A stretch of DNA of 40,223 nucleotides from Octopus bimaculoides (lineage: Eukaryota): contig NC_069000.1 of assembly GCF_001194135.2 (NCBI RefSeq), positions 35,973,659 through 36,013,881 on the forward strand, given 5' to 3'. Both the position numbers and the translations under genes were made by a program. The notes beneath the pieces were generated by a model. It had not been told where the DNA came from. It ran no database searches and was given only the letters and a program-made list of their open reading frames with translations. The stretch's first letter is position 1; each line of letters begins with the position of its first letter. Shown in pieces: positions 23,613 through 34,640 of the stretch.

Positions 23613-25397
23613 GTACGTATTTAAAATGAAAGTTATATTTAAATCTCACAGGCTATAGATGGCTTCTTTGATAAGTGTTCGTAACGGAAGATATTTTAGT
23701 TGGTTGCTATTCTTGCAACTACTTGTGCTCTACTGATAAATATCAAAGCTGCAATTCTTGCTGATTGATTAACAAAGACCTTATTCGAAATTTACTGTCA
23801 ATATTCGAGCATCTTTTATTATAATGTTTCAAACTGAGGACAGATATATTGTGGCTGAACTCTCTGTTATCATCAATATATTAGGCTAGGTAGGCTTAAG
23901 CTATTATAGAGTCATTTATTCTGTATAACAATGGCTCAGTTATAAAAAAAAAAAACCCCAAATACTCTCAATGTTATTGGTTACAAATATTTTTTTTTTT
24001 CTAAACACCTCCTCTTGTTTATTGGCACCCTTAACACTAAAAACAAAACTTGTGGCAAGATTAAAAGTGTTTCCAACTACCCAAATTGAATTTTAAACCA
24101 ATTCTGACCTTTTCAAAAACTCAAATTGCAGTTGTTTTGCTTCAACTAAGCTTTTAGTTTTTGTTTTATCATTTGTTACTATTACAGATGGCCAAGCCTG
24201 CCATCCCCAGATGTTGTTCTTTTTTCTTTTTCATTTTTGTTCTTATTTTTTTTTTTTTAGTCTCCTATATCTGCATTACATAATCTGTTTTGTTGTTATA
24301 GGTTATCTTGTTTTTCATAATAAAATTTGTTATTTTTAGAAGTTCTTTGGGTAATAAAGGGGCTTAGCTGGAGGAGGAAGGACAGCTCTCACAATCTATC
24401 CATTAATCCTCCAAGACTGTTAGAAGGAAGTGGGATGAAGAAATATGGATGTAGTTACAGCTGCATAGTTTACTTGCTTAACCATATGATTCCTGTTTCG
24501 ATCCCACTACACCAGTACCTTGAGCAAGTATCCTCTACTATAGTCTCATATTGATCTGTGCTTTCTGAGTTGAATTTGGTTGACAGTTTCTGTCAACCAA
24601 ATTCCTTGAGCCTCAGGACTCATAAAGCTAGTTAGCTGTTTCCATAGCATATAAGTGATCTAGATTACAACATTCACCTGAACAGGATGCTAGTCCACAG
24701 CAGGCTTCAAAGCCAGTAATTTTGAGGGGAAGGGACAAGTTGATTACATGGAATATTACTTTATTTCATCAAACTCAAAATGATGAAAAGCAAAGTTGAC
24801 ATCATGTTTGTGTGAGTGTATGTGTGTTTCTGTCTATTTTGTTCCTCCACCACTGCTGTACAACTGGTGTTGATGTATTTTCATCTCTAACTTAGCAGCT
24901 CAGAAAAGAGACTGATAGAATAAGTACCAGGCTTTATAAAAAAGTACTGGGGTTGATTCAGTCAACTAAGAAATTCTTCAAGGTGTTGTCCCAGCATAAC
25001 TGAAACAAGTAAAAGATTAAAAAAATCTAGAAGCTACTTCTATATATTTGCACCATTTCTCTATATCTCTCTTTCTTTCTCTCATTAATTCTAATTAATA
25101 ACAGGAATATCTAGATTGACATTTTTTTCAATCTTAATCTACTTGTGATTTAATCTTGGTAGCATAAAAAAATTACTCTTTTTCCTTCCTAAAGGTATTT
25201 TTTCCAGGAAATAAAATGTATTTTTCAACATTTAATGCAATGGATTTTTAGGATGCATTATCCCTATAAAATAACAAAAAAAAAAAAATTCATATGCTAG
25301 TCTATACAAGACAATGCAGGAGCTTCTGTTTAACTACTTAGAAATACCAGCCAAATTTCCCTGGAAGTATACCCTGACATGAAAAAAAGAAAAATAA

Positions 25398-26080
25398 AGA
25401 CACACGAAGGATTGAAAGATATGAAGCCAGTGTGCTCTGCTGGATGGGTAATATCAGTGTGCATGTACAACAGAGTAAATGATTTGAGAGAAAAATTGGG
25501 TATATGAGGCGTCAGACATAGTGTGCAAGAGAGAAGACTGTGATGGTGTGGTCATGTGATGTGTATGGATGAGAACAGTTGCATCAAGAAGTGCTGATCT
25601 CTAATTGTGGAGGGAATATGTGAGATGGGTAGCCCCACGAAGACGTGGGATGAAGTGGTGAGAAAGGATCTTCAGACACTGGGCCTCACAGAGGAGATGA
25701 CAAGGGACTGAAACTTTTGGCAGTTTTCTGTGCTTGAGAAGACATGCCAAGCTAAGTAAAATCATGGCCGTGCAATCATGCATGCAGGCATGTCCTCTAC
25801 ATGCCTCTCTCAGCCAAGAGATCCTAGTCTTGTGGACTTGTGGGTGCTGGTGCCACATAAGAGTACCTGTGCCAAGTAAAAGCACCAGCTGGTGTCATGT
25901 AAGGGCATCAAGTACACTCTGTAAAGTGGTTGACATTAGGAAGGGCATCCAGCTGTAGAAGCCATGCCAAAAATAGATAAATGGAGCCTGAGTAGCTCTC
26001 CACTGGCCAACTTCTGTCAAGCCCTCCAACCCATGCCAGCATAGAGAACAGACGTTGAAAATGATGATGATGATGGTGGT
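25398..26080 (+). pseudogene. 5'-truncated RTE LINE: ORF2 C-terminus plus 3' UTR and (GAT)n tail
   Basis: RRIERYEASVLCWMGNISV..LREKLGI..QERRL*WCGHVMCMDENSCIKKC*SLIVEG..KTWDEVVRKDLQTLGLTEEMT, then taggaagggcatccagctgtagaa..ccaacccatgccagcat..aaaatgatgatgatgatg. Confidence 0.85.
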
Positions 26081-27054
26081 GGTGGTTTGGTCATGATTAG
26101 AATGTCTTCGATCATAGATATGCTTGAGTAGAGCTGACCTGGGGTTAAGCCACAACTAGTCAATAAGGTAGTATTGGTTAACAAGAGTCTTCAGCTGAGT
26201 TTCTTTGTTGAAATTAAAACTCTTGACTTCACTGTAGAGTCATGATAGCCATTTGAAGTACACTTACATAACCACTATATTCGCTTTTGTTTTAGATTTT
26301 GTCAATTGTCTTATATATCAAAATGTTTTATTGGACATTTGTGGTTTGGCCACTGATAGTTACTCTATTTCATTATATTTGAAAGCTGTAAATGTATTAC
26401 AAAATATTTTGGTACTTAATCATATATAATACTATTATGAAATAGGAAAGCTGAACAGAAATGTATGAGTTCCTATTGTCTGAATAAACAATGGTAAACA
26501 TGATGCTGTCTTATATAGCAGGCCTGGGTTTATTGTTAAGGAGATTGTGAATTGTCACAATGTAGAATTTTCTCCTCAACTTATATGAAGCTATAGAAAA
26601 GCACAGCAACGTGCTGTGCTTTCCATATTTTATTTTAACTACAAAGCAAATAGAGTTAAGTATCACTTCTAAGAAATAAGTACCTCTCTCAAGAACACAT
26701 CATAACTGTTGCTTAGCCCCAGGTCTGCTCTGACTGAGTAGACTTATGATCATCCAGCCTTTTTAAAAAAATTTTTTCCATGATTCTGAATCTAAGATTA
26801 TATTATGCAATATGCTCTTAATTATTTTTATATTTTTAAAATGGTGTCCTTCCATCTGAAGAAAAAATTTGGCTGCTATTCCTAGCAGTTTGAGTAACTT
26901 CATGTAGGTTCCCTTGTTGGTTCAACACATTATAAGGTTTATAAATTTAGTCATGCAAATTAATCATCCATGAAATATTGCCCATAATTAATTGAACATA
27001 TCCCATTGATATTATGTGGCCTGACATATTCACCTTGTTTTACAGTGAGCTGTC

Positions 27055-27260
27055 TTTTTCATCTTTTTTCTTGTTTCAGTCAGGGGCACTGTCTTGAAGG
27101 CTTTTTAGTTGAACAAATCAACCCCAGTACTTATTTTTCAGTCTTGTACTTATTCCATTGGTCCTGTCTTGTTTTTTTTTTTTTTTTGCCAAACAAACCA
27201 ACATTGGTTGTCAAGCAGTGGGAGAAACAAACACAGACATAAGAACGTGCATGTGCACAT

Positions 27261-27297
<37 letters not shown>

Positions 27298-27370
27298 GGG
27301 CTTCCACATAGTTTTCTATGGTTGGCCTGGGGTTGCAGTAGAAGACACTTGCAGATGGAATGTGTTCCAG
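27055..27370 (-). mobile_element. Family A SINE, degenerate, with (CA)n
   Basis: cttgtttcagtcagg..acattggttgtcaagcagtgg..(CA)n..gtagaagacacttgc. Confidence 0.75.
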
Positions 27371-27914
27371 CCTTGATCATCCCCCCCCCCCAAATTTTTA
27401 TCAGGACAACATTATTCAATGTGTTATTCCTTTTCTAAGACGGTAGAGTGTGATTTGAGGGAGATTTGGCTGCTATTACTAGCAGTTATATCAACCATGT
27501 AGAGGTTCCATTGCTATCTCTCTTACTGTAGATATACCTTGGAGAGGTACTCTATCGAAGTTAGCAAAGATAATCCCTCTCTTTAATACAGATAACTAAA
27601 AATGAGAAAATAAAATAATCAGCTCTCACACTTTGATGAGATAAATATTGATTGACAGCACAAATTACAAATTTAGTTTGTTCTTTTTAATTTACCGAAA
27701 CAAAATCATTCTGCCTATCCATTTCTCTAATTCTCTCTTACCGACTTTAAAAACCAATACTTTGCCATAACAGCTAACTCACCCCTCTCTACTTCCCAAG
27801 CAGCTAACAACAATTTCTCCAGAAATTATTACCTAAACCTATACAATTTTCTTACAGCTGATGATATTATTGCTTTCAGTGTAATACCTTTTGAGTCTCT
27901 CTTTCACTTTCACT

Positions 27915-27915
<1 letters not shown>

Positions 27916-27965
<50 letters not shown>

Positions 27966-28733
27966 NNNNNNNNNNNNNNNNNNNNNNNNNNNNNNNNNNN
28001 NNNNNNNNNNNNNNNNNNNNNNNNNNNNNNNNNNNNNNNNNNNNNNNNNNNNNNNNNNNNNNNNNNNNNNNNNNNNNNNNNNNNNNNNNNNNNNNNNNNN
28101 NNNNNNNNNNNNNNNNNNNNNNNNNNNNNNNNNNNNNNNNNNNNNNNNNNNNNNNNNNNNNNNNNNNNNNNNNNNNNNNNNNNNNNNNNNNNNNNNNNNN
28201 NNNNNNNNNNNNNNNNNNNNNNNNNNNNNNNNNNNNNNNNNNNNNNNNNNNNNNNNNNNNNNNNNNNNNNNNNNNNNNNNNNNNNNNNNNNNNNNNNNNN
28301 NNNNNNNNNNNNNNNNNNNNNNNNNNNNNNNNNNNNNNNNNNNNNNNNNNNNNNNNNNNNNNNNNNNNNNNNNNNNNNNNNNNNNNNNNNNNNNNNNNNN
28401 NNNNNNNNNNNNNNNNNNNNNNNNNNNNNNNNNNNNNNNNNNNNNNNNNNNNNNNNNNNNNNNNNNNNNNNNNNNNNNNNNNNNNNNNNNNNNNNNNNNN
28501 NNNNNNNNNNNNNNNNNNNNNNNNNNNNNNNNNNNNNNNNNNNNNNNNNNNNNNNNNNNNNNNNNNNNNNNNNNNNNNNNNNNNNNNNNNNNNNNNNNNN
28601 NNNNNNNNNNNNNNNNNNNNNNNNNNNNNNNNNNNNNNNNNNNNNNNNNNNNNNNNNNNNNNNNNNNNNNNNNNNNNNNNNNNNNNNNNNNNNNNNNNNN
28701 NNNNNNNNNNNNNNNNNNNNNNNGGGGGGGGGG
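27916..28733. other. (CA)n run, 758-nt N gap (27966-28723) and poly-G
   Basis: Directly visible; content of the gap unknown. Confidence 0.95.
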
Positions 28734-29119
28734 GGTTATGTTTTCTTTACTGACTCTTTACTTTTTTTCTTCTTGTCTGTTTTAATTGATAAAATCTGAT
28801 GCTTTTAATTCACAGCTGCTTATCTAAATTAATAATATTAGATTTATTTTTCCCATCCAGTCTGGTATATCTTATCATCTTTTGCAGTTTCTTCATGTTT
28901 ACTTCTCAGATTTCACAGACAAGAAGACATTACTGTATAACACACTGTTAAATGTGTTACTCTATAAAAACAAACATTGAAACAATTCTTCCAAAGTCCT
29001 CCTTCTACGGAGGGGAGCTTCTGGAAATAGCAACCAAAGCTCCCTCAAATCACACCCTATCATTTTAACAAACAGAAAAAAAAAAAAAATTAAGGATACA
29101 TTAGAAAATATAGTCCTAG

Positions 29120-29465
29120 ATAGGTGCAGGTTGTGTGATTAAGAAGTTCACTTTCCAACCATGTGGTTGTGGTTTCAGGTTCAGTCCCACTGCATGGCAC
29201 CTTGGGCAAGAGCCTCCTACTATAGTCCTAGTCTAACCAATGCTTTGTGAGTGAATTTGGTAGATGGAAACTGTGTGGAAGCTCATAGTATTTGTCTAGC
29301 TATCGATATGTGTGTGTGTGTATGTGTGCTTTGATAAAAGGAGCCAATAAAATAAGTATCTGAGTTAAAAAGTAAGTACTAGGGTTGGTTTCTTGGACTA
29401 AACTCTTTGAGGCAGTGCCCCAGCATGACCACAGTCTAATAACTGAAACATGTAAAAGATAAAAG
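29120..29465 (+). mobile_element. Family A SINE, degenerate
   Basis: ggttgtgtgattaagaag..caggttcagtcccactgcatggcaccttgggcaag..aataactgaaacatgtaaaaga. Confidence 0.78.
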
Positions 29466-29847
29466 GTATAGGATCCACTATCTGATTGAAAGGCGTAATT
29501 GTCATGGCTGGAACAAATATCTTTGATCGTAGGTCTGTTTAACCAGGACCTACTTTGGACTAAACAACAACAACAACAGCAACAAATTTGCTTCATTGTT
29601 CAATAGTGAGTTAATTTGTATCATCTGATTCAGAGAATGTTTACTAATGGCTGTGCTTTCTACTGAAAGCTTTTGTGTTTAGGAAATATCTCTGCGTATC
29701 ATTTGCACACACTGAATGCCATAACAGTAGAGATAAGTTTGCTGGCCAGCCGAATCTGTTACATAATTTTCATCAGTGGCTGTTGCCATATCACTTCGCT
29801 CATACCACTAATGAACTTGTGGAAAACACAGACCTCACAACTACTAT

Positions 29848-29881
29848 TCCTCCTCCTCCTCCTCATCACCATCATCATCAC

Positions 29882-29917
<36 letters not shown>
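29848..29917. repeat. (CCT)n-(CAT)n trinucleotide microsatellite, the expanded tail of a minus-strand RTE-type retroposon
   Basis: Directly visible; continues into atttaacatcca, typical of C-type tails. Confidence 0.9.
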
Positions 29918-29944
29918 AATACCATCATCAATATTTAACATCCA

Positions 29945-30376
29945 AAGGCAGTGAGCTGGCAGAAACGTTAGCATGCCGGGGCGAAATGCATATCGGTATT
30001 TCGTCTGCCGCAACGTTCTGAGTTCAAATTCCGCCGAGGTCGACTTTGCCTTTCATCCTTTCGGGGTCGATAAATTAAGTACCAGTTACGCACTGGGGTC
30101 AATGTAATTGACTTAATCCGTTTGTCTGTCCTTGTTTGTCCCCTCTGTGTTTAGCCCCTTGTGGGCAATAAAGAAATAAGAAACGTTAGCACGCCAGGTG
30201 AAAGTCTTAGCAGTATTTCTTCTGTCTTTACATTCTGAGTTCAAATTCTGCCAAGGTCGACTTTGCCTTTCATCCTTTCGGGGTCGATAAATTAAGTACT
30301 AGTTGCATACTGGGGTCGATCTAATTGACCGGCCCCTTCCCCAAAAATTTTGGGCCTTGTGCCTCCAGTAGAAAAG
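29945..30376 (+). mobile_element. Head-to-tail dimer of family B SINEs
   Basis: Unit 1 at 29945-30180; unit 2 at 30181-30376 with a different 3' tail; flanked by AATATTTAACATCCA (29930-29944) and AATATTTGACGTCCA (30377-30391). Confidence 0.85.
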
Positions 30377-31260
30377 AATATTTGACGTCCACTTCCCCAT
30401 GCTAGCATGGGTCAGACAGGATTTGTTTGATGCAGAGTTTCTACAGCTGGAAACACTTTCTTGCTACCATTCCCCTCACCTGTTTCCTGGCAAGATAATA
30501 TTTTCCCAAAGCTAAACAGGGTTTTTCACAGAAAGCTAGAAATGAACCACCTCACTTATATGACAATATTACTCATTTACAACTATCACTTGATGTCTAA
30601 CCAAGGACACACACACACACATACTAGTAAGAAAATGTGAATAAGATATATAATAGATGCACACAATAAGTGTCTCAAACCAGACTGAGTGCCTAAAATC
30701 TGACTTTGAGTTAAGGGATACAGGATCTGTGGGAATAAGAACGAAAATAAGGCTATAGGCAATGTACGGGTATCATCATCATCTTTTAACGTCCGCTTTC
30801 CATGCTTTGTTTGTGTGTATGTGTGCTTATATGACAGATTTTCAGATGGTTTTTGCATGCCAAATCCACTCACAAGGCTTTGGTCAACCCAAAGTTATAT
30901 TAGAAGACATTCGTCCAAAGTGCCACACAGTAGGACTGAACCCAATACCACATGGTTGAGAATGTGTGTGTGTGTGTGTGTGTATGGTTAGGATGTTGTA
31001 CTCATGGTTACTAGATCGTGGGTTTGATTCCCAGACTGAGCAGCATGTTGTGCTCTTTCATTTCATGTTGCTTCAGTCCACTCAGCTGTTAATGGGTAAC
31101 CCTGTGACAGAGTAGCTTCTGATCAGGAGGACTATTAGCCTGCTCACCTAGTCAATGCACTTGAAAGCTAAAAATTGACGCAAAGTGCATTGTGACCAGC
31201 TATGTATAACATCTGATGATCTGGTTGATCACATGATCATGTGATATATATATGTGTGTG

Positions 31261-31645
31261 TGTTGTTGGCACTCCGTCGCTTACGACGTTGAGGGTTCCA
31301 GTTGATCCGATCAACGGAACAGCCTGCTCGTGAAATTAACATGCAAGTGGCTGGGCACTCCACAGACACGTGTACCCTTAACGTAGTTCTCAGGGATATT
31401 CAGCATGACACAGTGTGACAAGGCTGACCCTTTGAATTACAGGCACAACAGAAACAGGAAGTAAGAGTGAGAGAAAGTTGTGGTGAAAGAGTACAGCAGG
31501 GTTCGCCACCATCCCCTGCCGGAGCCTCGTGGAGCTTTAGGTGTTTTCGATCAATAAACACTCACAACGCCCGGTCTGGGAATCGAAACCACGATCCTAT
31601 GACCGCGAGTCCGCTGCCCTAACCACTGGGCCATTGCGCCTCCAC
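31261..31645 (-). mobile_element. tRNA-headed SINE family D, full length, (CAA)n tail
   Basis: Minus strand GGCGCAATGGCCCAGTGGTTAGGGCAGCGGACTC..GGTTTCGATTCCCAGACC (A and B boxes), unique body, ends GGAGTGCCAACAAC; second copy at 38585-38966. Confidence 0.88.
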
Positions 31646-31754
31646 ATATATATATATTGATAGAAAAGGTAAGACAACAAAAGAAAGAAAGAGATCTCGA
31701 TATTATGTAAATAATATGTGACAATTATTCGGTAAAGTTATCTGGCCATTGAAA

Positions 31755-31822
31755 CCAGATAACTGAAGAGATGGCTGCGTGGGTTTCCGCCCTGACATCC
31801 GAAACTCGGAGTTTTATCATGG
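31755..31822 (+). ncRNA. Type I (minimal stem III) hammerhead ribozyme motif
   Basis: Stem I GAUAA (31758-62) / UUAUC (31814-18), extendable by CCA/UGG; core CUGAAGA (31763-69); imperfect stem II (31770-31800); GAAA (31801-04); stem III CUC-G-GAG (31805-11); U16.1 at 31812 and H17 U at 31813. Confidence 0.75.
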
Positions 31823-31885
31823 CTACTGAATAACTGTCACATATTATTTACAGATATACATATAGTATATATATATATATATATA

Positions 31886-32270
31886 GGCATGGCTGTGTGG
31901 TAAGAAGCTTGCTTCCCAACTACATGGTTCCAGGTTCTGTCCCACTGTATGGTACCTTGGGCAAGTGACTTTTACTATAGCCTCGGGCTGACCAAAGCCT
32001 TGTGAGTGGATTTGGTAGACTTCATATGTATGTATGTATGTACGTATATAGTTGTGTGTGTGTCTGTGTTTGTCCCCCTCCCACCATCGCTTGACAACTG
32101 GTGTTGGTGTGTTTACATCTCAGTAACTTAGCAGTTCAGCAAAAGAAACTGATAGAATAAGTACTAGGCTTACAAAGAATAAGTCTTGGGGTAGATTTCT
32201 TCAACTAAAAGCCCATTAAGTGGTGCTCCAGCATGGCTACAGTCAAATGATTGAAACAAATAAAAGAATG
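31886..32270 (+). mobile_element. Family A SINE, near full length
   Basis: GGCATGGCTGTGTGGTAAGAAG head, core GGTACCTTGGGCAAGTG, microsatellite and tail. Confidence 0.88.
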
Positions 32271-32288
32271 AAGGAATATATATAAAAG

Positions 32289-32320
<32 letters not shown>

Positions 32321-32324
32321 TTCT

Positions 32325-32565
32325 CGAGCGAGATGAGCGTGGCCTTTGCCAGTACTGCCTGACTGGCCTTCGTGCGGGTGACACGTAAAAGCACCCACTA
32401 CGCTCTCTGAGTGGTTGGCTTTAGGAAGGGCATCCAGCTGTAGAAACACTGCCAAATCAGATTGGAGCCTGGTGTAGCCATCTGGTTTCACCAGTCCTCA
32501 GTCAAATCGTCCAACCCATGCTAGCATGGAAAGCGGACGTTAAACGATCATGATGATGATGATGA
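32325..32565 (+). mobile_element. RTE-type 3' tail (C1), well preserved, (GAT)n end
   Basis: gtaaaagcacccactac..taggaagggcatccagctgtagaaac..ccaacccatgctagcatggaaagcggacgttaaacgatcatgatgatgat. Confidence 0.8.
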
Positions 32566-32920
32566 TATATATAGATATGGAGAGAGAGAGAGAAATTATA
32601 TGCTTCTATTATCTATATTCATATTATTTAGTCTAACTTGGCATATATGCCTCTCCATCAAAGTGAACTTGGCTACTTCATCTTTTACAAGATAAAATAA
32701 GCAACAGAGAAAAAAAAAATTGAGGTTACTATCCAGCACTAAAACCCTTGTAAGAAATGCCCCAGCATGGCCAGAGTTCATAGACTGAAACCAGTAGAAG
32801 AATATAAAAAAGATAGTCATTGCATTGCTTGTGATTTTACATTTGCCAATTAAACTAATCTAATATGTATTTTCGTATTCATTAGCTTGGTAGACTAAGA
32901 CAGTTGCCTAATGATTTCAG

Positions 32921-33001
32921 TTTACTTGTACTTCATGGTTGAATGGCGTGAATTAGGGAGGATCAATCGATCAAGCAGTATTTATTTACCCCATTGCCTG
33001 T
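32921..33001 (+). CDS. Candidate 81-nt phase 1-1 coding exon 5 (xYLYFMVEWRELGRINRSSSIYLPHCL)
   Basis: cctaatgatttcAG acceptor (to 32920); consensus donor GTGAGT (33002-33007); only one frame open and it is the one required by exon 23574-23612. Confidence 0.45.
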
Positions 33002-33229
33002 GTGAGTTGTTTGATTTCTTTGTTTCATAACCAGAGCCGTTTAGCAATGGATGAGTTAGTTTTATTGATTTGAGAAGAGCAAGGTGGAAACAGGGGTTTT
33101 AGTCTTCATACCTTTTATTTATAGAATTCTAATGAAAGAAAATAAGGGAAATAGCTAAAAGTCAGAATCAAAACTGGGTCACTTTTTACTTTCTTTCTTT
33201 ACTTTTTACAAAACTGAACTCAGGACTTT

Positions 33230-33840
33230 TTATTTTATTTTATTTTTTTTAAGTCTGGTACTTATTCTATTCAGCTCTTTGCTTGAACTGCTGAGTTATG
33301 GGAATGTAAACAAACCAACNNNNNNNNNNNNNNNNNNNNNNNNNNNNNNNNNNNNNNNNNNNNNNNNNNNNNNNNNNNNNNNNNNNNNNNNNNNNNNNNN
33401 NNNNNNNNNNNNNNNNNNNNNNNNNNNNNNNTATATATACACACACAGTGGGTTTCTATATAGTTTCCTATTTCTTTATTGCCCGCAAAGGGCTAAACAT
33501 AGAGGGGACAAACAAGGACAGACAAAGGGGTTAAGTCGGTTATATCGACCCCAGTGCATAACTGGTTCTTAATTTATCGACCCCGAAAGGATGAAAGGCA
33601 AAGTCAACCTCGGCAGAATTTGAACTCAGAACGTAGCGGCAGACGAAATACCGCTAAGCATTTCGCCCGGCATGCTAACGGTTCTGCCAACTCGCCGCCT
33701 TTATATATAGTTTCCACCGACCAAATTTACTCACAGCCCAAAGTTATAGTATAAGGCACTTATATGATGAGGTACTGCACAGTGGGACTGAACCTGAAAC
33801 CACATGGTTGCAAAGCGAGCTTCTTAACCACACAACCATG
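33230..33840 (-). mobile_element. Family A SINE interrupted by an N gap (33320-33431) and a nested family B SINE
   Basis: 3' half at about 33230-33319; head and core at about 33704-33840. Confidence 0.7.
33471..33701 (-). mobile_element. Family B SINE, full length, 12-bp TSD
   Basis: TATATAGTTTCC at 33457-33468 and 33704-33715. Confidence 0.92.
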
Positions 33841-34164
33841 CCCATGCCTACTCAGTTTTTTTTCTTGTCATCATTGTTGTTGTCATCATCGTCATCATTA
33901 TTTTAACGTCCACTCACCAATGCTTGAGTGGGTCAGACACAGTTTATTGAGGCAGATTTTCCACAGCTGGATGCCTTTCCTATCACCAATCCTTACGTAT
34001 TTCCAAACTTTCTAATATTTCCCCATGGCTTGACATGTTCTCTCAGAAAACTGGAAATGAATGACGTTGCTTGTCATTGATTTACAACTGTCACACAATG
34101 TCAAGACAAGGTGACACAAATGTACTCACATTCAATCCTACGAACTTAATACCTTTTGTTATTT

Positions 34165-34640
34165 CCTTCAAAAAGGGTTACCATCTTGTGATGAGATTTC
34201 ACCACCTCTTCCCATGTTTTCTGTTGTCTACTTCTTTTATAAGCTACTTCCGCTTGTATTGCTTGGCACTTCTTCATGCTTGTTATCCTCTAATGTCTGT
34301 ACTAACGCAGTCTTCTCTCTCATCTAATTCCTCCAATGCCTTTCATTTTTTCATGTCATCTCACCTGTACTCTATTGATTATGCATGTTGCTTTTACATA
34401 TCCAGTAGTGCATACTCACCTTGGCATGTCATCTACATTTGGTGTGTATGTCTTACTTCCATGCAATATTGCACTTTCAGCATGTATCATACAATCTGCT
34501 CTTCCCTCAGAAAGGGAAATTTTATGTTGCTAACAGAGACAATGGTTTCTTGAACTTTGGTCAACTCCCTCTTAACCTTAGCTACTATGCTTTCACAATA
34601 CCTACATCTGTTACTGATTAGGTTATCATCATTATCGTGA
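34165..34640 (-). pseudogene. Decayed RTE LINE ORF2 C-terminal remnant
   Basis: Minus strand DNLISNRCRYCESIVAKVKR..KFKKPLSLL..SAILHGSKTY..KTWEEVVK, corresponding to the RTE GDQIS..CSESIVAR..LHGSETW..KTWxEVV motifs. A weaker QGS-like RT trace lies near 35480-35520. Confidence 0.7.

Noticed and set aside
23835-23870. CTGAGGA followed by a CAG..CTG stem
   Set aside because: No GAAA, stem III or stem I; not a hammerhead.
24340-24350. Possible 11-nt microexon (KVLW), which with 33035-33054 (SRLAMD) gives an alternative in-frame chain
   Set aside because: 33035 lies only 33 nt after the stronger GTGAGT donor at 33002, and such short AG..GT segments are common by chance.
27522-27536. Possible 15-nt microexon ATATACCTTGGAGAG
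   Set aside because: Adjacent to a repeat tail, mediocre donor (GTACTC) and all frames open, so it is uninformative.
27891-28799. 302-aa ORF
   Set aside because: Almost entirely N gap plus (CA)n.
29675-29938. ORF ending in poly-Pro/poly-His
   Set aside because: The tract is the (CCT)n(CAT)n tail of a retroposon; three overlapping ORFs read through it (poly-H, poly-I, poly-M) and no donor site was found.
31570-31645. tRNA-like sequence on the minus strand (also 38890-38966)
   Set aside because: It is the head of the family D SINE, continuous with a repeated body and tail; no complete cloverleaf was established.
32470-32500. Minus-strand CTGAGGA-CTGGT-GAAA
   Set aside because: No room for stem II; it is part of the RTE-type tail.
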